Shown: positions 36,349 through 45,800 of the stretch, one piece after another
Layout: each line of letters starts with the position of its first letter
Numbering within the stretch: the stretch's first letter is position 1
The notes under the pieces: model-generated
Told to the model about the DNA's origin: nothing
Seen by the model: only the letters and a program-made list of their open reading frames with translations
Databases searched by the model: none
Made by a program: the position numbers and the translations under genes
Assembly: GCA_964418675.1 (NCBI GenBank)
Contig: CAYQMM010000002.1
Location: 132,875 to 196,874 of the forward strand
Direction of reading: 5' to 3'
Source: an uncultured Candidatus Bathyarchaeia archaeon
GTDB lineage: Archaea; Thermoproteota; Bathyarchaeia; Bathyarchaeales; Bathyarchaeaceae
DNA: 64,000 nt

Positions 36349-37107
36349 CTAGTCCACTTGTTGTTCTCTTTCGAAAAGCTGTTCCCATACCACTTTCAGA
36401 ATATATTCGGAAAAACCAGCTATTTCTGCTAGAGACAACTTCGATTTTCCTTTCTTTCGGTTTTCGAAGACTACGGGTATTTCGCTTATTTTTGAGTTCT
36501 GAAGTTTTGCCTGTCGAAGAGTTTCTATTTGAATCTCGTATGTTTGACTGTGAAGTTTTGGAAGCGCCTTTGTTATGTATTCTCTAGAATAGCATCTGAA
36601 GCCGCTTGTGTAATCGCTTAGTGGAAGGTTAATTAATATTCCAGTTATTTTGTTGGCTACCTTGCTTACCAGCAGTCGGGTGAGATTCCAGCCTTTAACT
36701 TCTCCTTCATTACAGTACCTGCTTCCAATGACAAGATCGCTGCCCTCTTCGGCGAGCGCCAGTAATCTTGGAATGTCTTGGGGGTAATGGGAGAAGTCTG
36801 CATCCATTGTGATTATGTAGTTAGGTGGTTCTGGTAGAGAAAGAAGAAAACGGAAGGCATCTGTAATTGCTGTTCCAAGCCCCATCTTCTGGGCTCTCTT
36901 TAGTAAAAAAATGTTCTTGTATTCTTCTTGTAGTTCACAGACGATGTTCTGGGTTTCATCAGGACTTGAATCGTCTACGACTAACAAAATAGAATTAAGT
37001 TCTAGGCTTTCGATTGCATGGATAATGTCTGCGATGTTTTCAGCTTCACAGTAGGTTGGAAGGATTATTGCCACACGTGAATTAGGCTCCATTATTGCTT
37101 CATTCAC
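36349..37107 (-). CDS. GT2 polyprenyl-phosphate glycosyltransferase (dolichyl-phosphate mannose/glucose synthase-like)
   Basis: VAIILPTYCEAENI, VDDSSPDET, TMDADFSHYP and GSRY. Confidence 0.85.
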   Translation of the reverse strand: MNEAIMEPNSRVAIILPTYCEAENIADIIHAIESLELNSILLVVDDSSPDETQNIVCELQEEYKNIFLLKRAQKMGLGTAITDAFRFLLSLPEPPNYIITMDADFSHYPQDIPRLLALAEEGSDLVIGSRYCNEGEVKGWNLTRLLVSKVANKITGILINLPLSDYTSGFRCYSREYITKALPKLHSQTYEIQIETLRQAKLQNSKISEIPVVFENRKKGKSKLSLAEIAGFSEYILKVVWEQLFEREQQVD

Positions 37108-37411
37108 TTATTTTCATCAGCCTACTTTGATAAATGCTTACTCTGTTCTCTTTCCACATTATTAAACTTTCGACAATTCATACGCGAGTCTGACAGGCAA
37201 AGTTTTCAATTTTTGGTGTTTTTCAGCGTTTTGTGATGTTTTTTTGGTTTTTTGGGGTTCTAGGCACGTTCTCATCAAAAGGGTTATAAAATAACTGTGA
37301 TGGTGTATTACTGAGTTGTAGGATGGCGGATGTTTTGGATTTTACTTTAGCTCGGTCTTTGCGGGCGGGCGTTCACATGTGTAATAGGAGATTAAGGTTG
37401 TTAGGAAAGCA

Positions 37412-39367
37412 GTGGTAGATAGGACAATGCTACTTGGAGGCAGAATTGATATTCGCCGGATTAAGGCAATAATACAATCCGATTATTTCATGCTTTTTTT
37501 AATTGCATTCGTCTACATCATTGTCGTTTCCAGCGTGGCAATATCGCGCCATTATGCATTTCGCACAAATGCTTGGGACCTCGGCATCTATTCTCAATCT
37601 TTATACACCACGCTGAACCACGGAAAACTATTCTACTACACGACTGAGCTGCCTGGTAACCCCTCCGGAAGCCTCTTCGGCATACATTTCTCTCCTTTCC
37701 TTTTTCTGTTAGTTCCAATTTATGCCATATTCCAAAACCCAGTTACGTTGCTTGTGCTTAGACCAATTGCGGTTTCAATTGGCTTAATTCCGCTTTACTG
37801 GATTCTTCGCGAAAAGCAGCTGAATAGCAGGTTGGTAACTTCTTTCCTTGCAATTATATATGTGGTTTACCCTCCAATTAATGCTCCAATTTCGAACTTT
37901 GATGTTGAAGTGTTTTTGCCTGCATTATTCCTTTTCTCCATTTATTATTTGATGAAGGGAAAGCTTCTTTACTCTTACATTTTTGTTGTGCTTTCCCTGA
38001 TGGTTAACGAGTTTGTTCCCTTGATAGTCATGGCTATGGCTGTTTACTTTTTCCTCTTACATCGGGGAGAAATCTTTGATGGTTTACGTTCGAAGAAATT
38101 GACAAAGAATGCAATATTCTGCGTCATACTTCTACTGAGTGGTCTTCTCTGGTTTACACTGGCAGGTGCAGTCATCACCCATTTTAATCCGAATGCATTA
38201 AGCACGAAATGGGAGTGGGGAGAATTAGGCAGCAGCCCAGGTGAGATAGTAACCAATATTGTGACAAACCCTGCGAAGGCGATTCAGGTACTTTTTAATG
38301 ACGGACAAAGTAAGTTCCTTTACATTACGTCCCTCTTCGGTCCCCTCGCCTTCCTCTCCTTCTTAGACCCTTTAACTCTCATAATGACCTTACCTTGGCT
38401 AATGGCAAGCCTCCTCTCCGTTAATCCGCTGTACTACGCTATTGGAACTCAATATCCCGCGTTCGTTTCCCCCTTTCTCTTCGTTGCAGCAATCAACGGA
38501 ATCAAAAAGTTAGGTAACATCAGCAGCAGGGACATATTGAGAACTATCGGCTTCTTGATGTCCGTGAGTCTAATCATCAGCATACTGTTACTTCCAACAA
38601 GCGGAGACTTTTCGGTTACAACAGCCGAGGATACTACAAGACTGGCACTAGATAAGATTCCCTCAACCGCCTCCGTTTCTGTTATGCCGGAACTGTATCC
38701 CCATGTGTGCAACAGGCTTGAAGTTTACCCATATTTCCAGAGCGGAGTAGACTATGTGCTGGTTAACGTCTATTCTTGGTGGTATACCGCCACGCTTCCC
38801 CGACCAGCACATGTAGCTCCAAGATGGCGTGATGCAGAAATCGGTGCCGAATACGGCATAGTTGTCAACGCAAACGGTGTGCTACTCTACAAAAATGGGT
38901 ATACGGGACCAGTAGACTATTTTGAAGGCGTAAATTTCACTTACACACACAACAATGTGCAACTTGCAACTGGAAACCTTGCTCAGGACGAAGTCCCCTT
39001 TGGCAACTCTGTTACGAATACAGATGTGTTAATTCACAAGGTTACTGACCCAACGCCATTGTTCTTCTCGGTTTCAGAGAACGTTCTTCCTCCCGGAAGC
39101 TATAACGTCACGGTGGTGCTGAGGGTATCATCCACCACCTCCGAAGAAGCCGTTACCTTGGCGGCTTTGAGGAAACCAGAGCGTTCTGAGATAGTTACCA
39201 TGAAGATTGAGGGCAGCGATTTCACTGGAGCGGACAGGTGGCAAGCATTCACTTTCAATTTTACAATCGAACAGTCAACATTCATCGAGTTCGATGCTTA
39301 CGTGACAAATTCCACGGATGTGTCCTTTTATTACCTGAATGTTCTACAGGTGTCAGGCGGCGTGTAA
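37412..39367 (+). CDS. DUF2079-like polytopic membrane protein with extracytoplasmic C-terminal domain
   Basis: About 400 aa of TM helices, starting with the SRHYAFRTNAWDLGIYSQ pattern typical of DUF2079, then about 220 aa of soluble beta-rich sequence. ATG at 37427 is an alternative start. Confidence 0.65.
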   Translation: MVDRTMLLGGRIDIRRIKAIIQSDYFMLFLIAFVYIIVVSSVAISRHYAFRTNAWDLGIYSQSLYTTLNHGKLFYYTTELPGNPSGSLFGIHFSPFLFLLVPIYAIFQNPVTLLVLRPIAVSIGLIPLYWILREKQLNSRLVTSFLAIIYVVYPPINAPISNFDVEVFLPALFLFSIYYLMKGKLLYSYIFVVLSLMVNEFVPLIVMAMAVYFFLLHRGEIFDGLRSKKLTKNAIFCVILLLSGLLWFTLAGAVITHFNPNALSTKWEWGELGSSPGEIVTNIVTNPAKAIQVLFNDGQSKFLYITSLFGPLAFLSFLDPLTLIMTLPWLMASLLSVNPLYYAIGTQYPAFVSPFLFVAAINGIKKLGNISSRDILRTIGFLMSVSLIISILLLPTSGDFSVTTAEDTTRLALDKIPSTASVSVMPELYPHVCNRLEVYPYFQSGVDYVLVNVYSWWYTATLPRPAHVAPRWRDAEIGAEYGIVVNANGVLLYKNGYTGPVDYFEGVNFTYTHNNVQLATGNLAQDEVPFGNSVTNTDVLIHKVTDPTPLFFSVSENVLPPGSYNVTVVLRVSSTTSEEAVTLAALRKPERSEIVTMKIEGSDFTGADRWQAFTFNFTIEQSTFIEFDAYVTNSTDVSFYYLNVLQVSGGV

Positions 39368-39368
39368 C

Positions 39369-40532
39369 TTGAAGGTTTGCGCTGTTACCACTTGGCCTCC
39401 GCATAGGGATGGGGTGGCATTATACTCCGCTGAATTGTATAAGCAGATAGCTAAATCTGTGGACGTGGTAGTTGTTGCGAACATCCCGAAACAGCAGGTA
39501 TTACCCGAATCTATTGAGGAAAAAGACAGCGCTATTCTAAGATGCTGGAAAAGGGGTCCTTGGTATCCCACACGCATCTTCCCTTCTGTATTCAAAACAA
39601 GAGCACATCTTGTTCATCTGCAGCATGGATGGTTACTGTATGGGGGATTCCTTCCCTCAATCCTTTTTCCGCTTCTACTATTTTTTTTCCGTTCAAGTCG
39701 TAAACCGCGTGTTGTCACAATGCACACGGTGATACGAAAAGACGCCCACATTTACGCCAATCCTTTGGTTAACTTCTTGGCACGGATAGCTGTTCTGTGG
39801 GTTTCAAGGTGCATCATACAATTTTCAGATAGGGTGATTGTTCATAACCCTTTGATGAAAAAAATTCTCCAAACAGAGTACATCGCAAAAAAACAAAAAA
39901 TCGTAATAATTCCCCACGGAGTGAAAAAATCCCCTAAGAAACCCCAGTTCTCTAAAAAAGGTAAGACAATCCGCATTTTGTCTCTGGGATTCTTAAGGAA
40001 AGATAAGAGAATAGAATGTTTAATTGAAGCATTCAAAAAGACCCTTGAAAAGTATCCTGACGCAAAACTGGTAATTGTTGGAGGAAGCCATGCCCATGAC
40101 AAGACAGGCTACTCTGAAGGCTTCAAGCACCTCATCACACCAGCCATCCAGAAGCAGGTGGTGTTCACGGGGTTTGTCGATGAAAAACGTCTGGAACAGC
40201 TCATTTGGGAAAGTGACATAATCGTGCTACAGTCTACAGAGCCATATTATGTCGAGGCGAGTGGAGCGTTGGCAGCAGTTGCCGACTACGGGAAACCTGT
40301 TGTCTGCAGCAAAGTTCCAAAGTTTCAAAGCGAATTGCAAAATGGAGAACACTACCTTGCTGTAGCGCCATCCGATTCAACGGAGCTGGCTCAAACACTT
40401 GCCTTATTGATGGAGGATAAGGAACTCAGAAATCGTCTTGGAAAAAACCTTAGAGAAGAGTTCAAGAGCAGACGCTGGAGCACTGTGGCAGAAGAACACA
40501 TTAACCTCTATAGACATCTTTTGAAAACCTGA
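39369..40532 (+). CDS. GT4 family glycosyltransferase
   Basis: From TTG 39369, immediately after the upstream stop, it reads (M)KVCAVTTWPPHRDGVALYS... The C-terminal half has a GT4 Rossmann pattern (LVIVGG...VFTGFV...). Confidence 0.8.
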   Translation: MKVCAVTTWPPHRDGVALYSAELYKQIAKSVDVVVVANIPKQQVLPESIEEKDSAILRCWKRGPWYPTRIFPSVFKTRAHLVHLQHGWLLYGGFLPSILFPLLLFFFRSSRKPRVVTMHTVIRKDAHIYANPLVNFLARIAVLWVSRCIIQFSDRVIVHNPLMKKILQTEYIAKKQKIVIIPHGVKKSPKKPQFSKKGKTIRILSLGFLRKDKRIECLIEAFKKTLEKYPDAKLVIVGGSHAHDKTGYSEGFKHLITPAIQKQVVFTGFVDEKRLEQLIWESDIIVLQSTEPYYVEASGALAAVADYGKPVVCSKVPKFQSELQNGEHYLAVAPSDSTELAQTLALLMEDKELRNRLGKNLREEFKSRRWSTVAEEHINLYRHLLKT

Positions 40533-40550
40533 AATCGACGGGGTATAGTA

Positions 40551-42881
40551 TTATTGCTGTTCCCCAAATAGTTTAATCCACTTCTCAACGATTTTCTTTG
40601 CGTCAAACAGCGAGGCTCTTGCTACACAGTTCTTCCGCATCTTCTGGGGATAGCCCTCCTTCCAAATCTTCGAAGCGAGGTCCACCAGCTCTTTGTCGCT
40701 GTTTACAAGCCAGCCTGTAACCCCGTTTACAACAGATTCGCAGGGTCCTTGCCTATTATAGGTCAGCACTGGCGTTCCGCAGGCCATGCTTTCGATAGGT
40801 ATGTACCCGAATGGTTCATGGGAGAACGTGAAGAGGACGTAGAGGGCGTTAGAGTAAAGATTCGCAAGCTCTTCGTTAGAGATTGCGCCTAGGAAGTGGA
40901 TGTTGGGGTGTCTGGAGATATAGGTTGGGATGCCAGATGCCTTGTAGCCAAAGGCTTTAACTGCTACGCCAGTGTCGGCTATCTGTTTGATAACTGCAAA
41001 CTTGGTTTCTTTATTGTATACCCCGAAGTAGGTCAGTACGTAGTCTTGTGTCGGTTCAGAGGTTGTAGGTTTAAAGCGAGTACGATCTAATGGAGGAGGA
41101 ATCACACCATCAACTTTAACGTCTAAATCCTCATACATAGACTCGCAAAACCGTGAGTTAGCTATCACCAAATTTGACAAGTAGGCGTAGTCTCTCACGG
41201 TTTTCTTCTCTAAATACCTCAATACCGGCGCTATAAAGCGGTATAGGTACTTGTAACGTGTAGGCATCTCAGGGAGCATGTCATCGAGGGCTCTCGTAAT
41301 GGGACCCTGAGCGTAATACAAATTGGACTTGACCTTAATACAGGATGAAGCGTTGATCACTATCTCGTTATCACCCAGACCATCTATGTGGAACATATTT
41401 CTCGGTTTAAGTAGCGACTTCCCCCAAGCTTCAAGGATTGGAAATGAATGTATGAGGTTAAAATTCGAACCTAAGCTTTTAACCTGAATATTATTTTCCC
41501 TTGCAATCTTCATAACTTCTTCGCTGACGCTTAGAGAAACAAGTGTAATATTGTACCCATTTTTCTGTAGCTCCTTAGCTAAAAGAAATGGCGGTCTTGT
41601 AGACCCTACGGTTGTCAGGAGGGGATCGGTGATGAAAGTTATTTTCTTATTATCAACTCCTGCAAGCGCATTTAGGTTAGCACCAGGCTTTAGTGCCTCT
41701 ACAATAGCTTTAGTGGACTTCTCTATAGTGAATCCTTTTAGCACCATCTCTTTGGCTCTTGAACCCATCTCAGCGGCAAGCTGCTGGTCCTCTATTAAAC
41801 GCTTCATATGTTTTGCGACATCGTCTGGGTCGTGGGGGTTAACTAGGAAGCCGTTCTTCCCATGCCTGATGAATTCTCTTGTTCCCCCCTGGTTTGAGAC
41901 TATTGAGGGCTTCCCGAAAAGCGCTGCTTCTATGGGAACCAGCCCGAAGGGTTCATGCAAAGCTAGATGGACTATGAACTTGCAGTTCTTATAGTAGCCT
42001 GTAAGTTCCTGTTCTTGGACGGGAGATTGAAAAATTATGTCGTTTAAACCAAGCTTATGAGCTATAGAATGAATCTCATCCTCTAGAGGGCCCTCCCCTA
42101 TTATAACAAGCTTCACTCTTGACCTGTACATTTCCGGGAGCTGATGATAAGCCTTCAACAAGTTAATGTGGTTCTTCATCGGAATCATCGCCCCTATGGC
42201 CAGCATATAATCGCTTACGCTCTGATTCATGTCGTCCTGAGTTTGCTGTTGAACCTCTATACCTGGATACGCAACGGCTATCTGACGGTTCAGGCCGTAA
42301 AGTGTTCTGATGACTTCTCTGGTGTAGTGGCTGTTGGCGATTATCTTTGTGTAACGCTTTGCAGTTCGTTTGTCTATGGCGCGAAGGAAGTTGATTGAAA
42401 TGTCATACAGACTATCCGAAAGAAATAGGGAAGTCGAGGATTTACCGTAACATTCCATGCTGGTTGGTCGGACCGTGGAGCTTAACTCCTTGGATGGTAT
42501 TCCCGACAGCTGAGTTTCCCACAAGGCACGGAGGGGCTCTCCACAATACCAAACAAGCTTACTCCTTAGAAACACGGTTAGATAGAAGGCTAGAAAAGGA
42601 CCAATATGATGATGTATCAGCACCACATCGAAGGCTTTGAGGCGATGAATCAGTTTTTTTATGTTTCGAAAACCTCTGAAGGAGGGGGGAAACCCGAAGG
42701 GCAAAGTGTTGAAAACAAGGTTTGAACGTGCCCTTTTCTCCCAATCAGGATGTAATGGACCGTTGTAAAATAGTTCAACGTCGAAGCCCAGTTTTTTAAG
42801 GTATATGCCGTGGAGTACAGCCGTTTTTTCGGCTCCTCCGAACCTGCCTAAGGCGTGGTGGAGAATCGCTATCTTAATTAT
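40551..42881 (-). CDS. tandem double GT4 glycosyltransferase fusion (about 776 aa) with apparent non-canonical start
   Basis: Two complete GT4 modules (HLALHEPFGLVPIEAALFGKPSIV... and FTFSHEPFGYIPIESMACGTPVL...). The in-frame upstream extension encodes KIAILHHALGRFGGAEKTAVLHG, the GT4 N-terminus, with no ATG/GTG/TTG before TTG 42704. Confidence 0.75.
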   Translation of the reverse strand: MIKIAILHHALGRFGGAEKTAVLHGIYLKKLGFDVELFYNGPLHPDWEKRARSNLVFNTLPFGFPPSFRGFRNIKKLIHRLKAFDVVLIHHHIGPFLAFYLTVFLRSKLVWYCGEPLRALWETQLSGIPSKELSSTVRPTSMECYGKSSTSLFLSDSLYDISINFLRAIDKRTAKRYTKIIANSHYTREVIRTLYGLNRQIAVAYPGIEVQQQTQDDMNQSVSDYMLAIGAMIPMKNHINLLKAYHQLPEMYRSRVKLVIIGEGPLEDEIHSIAHKLGLNDIIFQSPVQEQELTGYYKNCKFIVHLALHEPFGLVPIEAALFGKPSIVSNQGGTREFIRHGKNGFLVNPHDPDDVAKHMKRLIEDQQLAAEMGSRAKEMVLKGFTIEKSTKAIVEALKPGANLNALAGVDNKKITFITDPLLTTVGSTRPPFLLAKELQKNGYNITLVSLSVSEEVMKIARENNIQVKSLGSNFNLIHSFPILEAWGKSLLKPRNMFHIDGLGDNEIVINASSCIKVKSNLYYAQGPITRALDDMLPEMPTRYKYLYRFIAPVLRYLEKKTVRDYAYLSNLVIANSRFCESMYEDLDVKVDGVIPPPLDRTRFKPTTSEPTQDYVLTYFGVYNKETKFAVIKQIADTGVAVKAFGYKASGIPTYISRHPNIHFLGAISNEELANLYSNALYVLFTFSHEPFGYIPIESMACGTPVLTYNRQGPCESVVNGVTGWLVNSDKELVDLASKIWKEGYPQKMRKNCVARASLFDAKKIVEKWIKLFGEQQ

Positions 42882-45800
42882 AACTGTCCTCCTTTTGCTT
42901 TGGATAAATGAGAACTGGCGTTTTCTCTAAGTATTTTCTGTTTTGCGTACTTCCTCCAATGTTTAAGCTTTTTAGATGGGATAAGCAGCAGCGCCACCAC
43001 GATGATTAAAGCGACTATAGTGATTTTTAGTCCAATGTCAGTGTAGGTTTGTCCCGTAAAGTATATTGTTACGTCGAAATTGCCTGTCTTGTTTATGTAG
43101 AACCCGTTGACGATAGAATACACGGGAATGGGCGATATCTCCTCACCGTCTATGTAAGCTTTCCACAGGGGGTGATAGGACTCTGACAATATTAGAAGAA
43201 AAGGTTCATTACTGTTTTCGACATGAGCCTCATACTTGCCTGAGTTTATCATTTCATAACTTACGTTTGGACCGGACTCTGCTTCGAATAAATCGTCTAA
43301 GAAGCCGAAATCTCCTTCGTCGTTGAGCGTCATCGCCATCCCATTGAACTCCACTGTTCCAGTGGCGCTGATGGTTACGTTTTGTTCGCCTGAGGGGAGA
43401 TAAAACGGTCCCACCTCAACATGTTTAATTTCAGCATTGGAGCTGTAGCAAGGAACGGTGGTTGTTTGGTTGTTTATGCTCAGGTTCAGAGTTCCATAAT
43501 CTGGACCAAATGTAAGTTGAAAACCAACCCTGTAATATCCCTCCTGAGGAATGAACACTTTGCTTGAGAAAATTGATTGAGTATATGCTTCGAGTTCCCA
43601 TATGCTTACCAGATCATACAACGGAACAGTGGAGGTTACTAGTATCCTTAGCTTGTCGGTTTTTACGGGTTCTTCGAAAATGTGGGTGTTGTCGCGTTTG
43701 GTGTTTCCGTTTACGCTAACTTGGTCAATCCAGTCTGTGCCGTTCCAAGTCTGTAGCATATAGTCCTGAGCGTATGCCTGTTCAAAAAATATGCGTGCTC
43801 CGGTAAGTTCTTGTGGGGTTTGCCATTCAATTTGTAGCCACTGCGGCATCGGATCATGCGGTTTAGAAGCCCACCTAGTGTAGATGTCTCCGTCGTTGGC
43901 TCCGTTAGCTCCTAAGGTAATATTACCCCATACTCCAGCCGAGCTGGCAGAGGCGTTGCCATTGGGCGCGATGTTCCAACCCAGCTCCCCCACGTAAGGT
44001 CGAAAATTATCTAAGGAAACGCTTTCCTCCTCGTCTTCAAGCGAGTAAATGATCATTTGATTAAAATCTATTTTTCCTGAACCACCGACCTCTATTAGGT
44101 GGTTGCTGGCATTCAGATAGAGGGGTCCTCCTTCATACACTTCTGCTTCAGGGCTGGAGCTTAATTGTCGTAAAGTAACCGTCTTGTCATCTACCTGTAG
44201 CTTCGGAATCCCTTGGTTTGGACCTTGGGCTAAGCTAATAGTGAACATGTATCGACCTTCGCGTAAAATCTTGGTGTTAGATGTAAGAAACGTGGACGGT
44301 GATTCTGATTCTAGCACGTCGCCTTGGTATGGTACTTGGATTAGGTACCAACCTGAAGGAATATCCTGTGAGAAGGTGTGGAGCGCACTTAAAATTTGAA
44401 CTATTCTGCCGGGATAGTTCTGAAGATCGTTAAGCACCTGGTTAATCTGGTTCTCTAATATTGATGATTTTACAACCGAGATGGCATCAATGTCGTTAAA
44501 ACCTTTCCCATCGTTTGTGAGAATTATTTCATGTTTTCCCTTTTCCAAATTTATGGATCCAAGATCTACCCATTTCAGTCTTGTCCAGCTATCTGCGTGA
44601 GGGGTCACTCTTTCGATAGGGATGCCATCGATGTGCACAGTTAAATTACCTCTGTTATTGCTGAACCCAACTCGTATCATTATTTCGTAATCGCCACCAT
44701 CAGCTACTTCAAAAGGAATGTTCACTCTATTGTTTCCGGTTGTTGCTAAAGTGTTTCTGCCAAGAGCGAGTACCCCAAAATCCTCCCAGGGAGCAGCTTT
44801 CCCCCAATAACCAGTATAATTTCGAGTTGGCAGTGCATACTGTTCCGCGCGCATTACATTCATGTCTTCTGAAGATAACATAACCAAATCCAACAAGTCG
44901 CTGTCGTCAAATAGAATCGTTCCTGAGCTTTCAAGCACTGGTTCTTCAAAAAAGCTATGATCTTCAAGTTGATCCGCGAAGATGAATGCGTTACGGCTAA
45001 GATCGAGTGAACCGGTCTGCAATGCAGTGAAAAAGCTCTTAATTCCACCAACGACTAACACGTGTGAAGTGGCGCCGAAGATTCTTGCGTTGTGAAAATC
45101 GTTCTCTAGTATTATTGAACCGCTTTGGTTGTAAACTACTTCTGCTCCCTCTTGGTTTATGAAGAAGGATTTAATGTTTTCACTGGCATATTCCGGTAGG
45201 ACAACATATTTGTAATCAAAGGTGCCGAGCAATTTCAATAATTGGTCACTTAAATAATTCCTACCTACTCCAAAACGCAGATAGCTGACGAATTGACGGG
45301 ACTTAAACGTGTGACCGCCGTCTTGGAGAACAGGTTTGTCATGGATAAAAGAGCTGTCAAAGCCGATGTCATGTCCCCATCCGATACTAGTTAACATTCC
45401 ACCAGATCCAAAATCCGTTAGAGCATTAGGAACTAACTCCCATTCGGGGGGACTGCGAGTTGCAGTGACAATTTTGAAATCCTGCGGCTGATCTGCAATC
45501 CATTCGAACGGTGTGATGAAAGTTTCAGGAGGCTTATAAACTTGAAGACCGTTCTGTAAAAAGAACCAGCATGAAAAGAAACCGCTTAATAAGATGAAAA
45601 CCAGCAGCAATATAGAAAAATGATGCAAAAAGGTTTTGGTTTGTTTTAACGCTTTATTTAGAGATTTGAATGAGAAATTTTGTTTCACAGTGAAATTTTC
45701 TGGTGGCGAAATTCTACCCTTTGTTTCTAAATGGGTTTCTTTTGCGTGCAAACTTCTTGTCTTTGAGATGTAATTAGTAACTATGGCGACTAGTACGGAG

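Noticed and set aside
37212-37223. Exact 12-mer TTTGGTGTTTTT shared with 48192-48203, considered as a specific regulatory motif.
   Set aside because: In 64 kb on both strands, many chance 12-mer repeats are expected, especially in low-complexity T-rich DNA. Only the broader GT-only composition is reported, at low interest.
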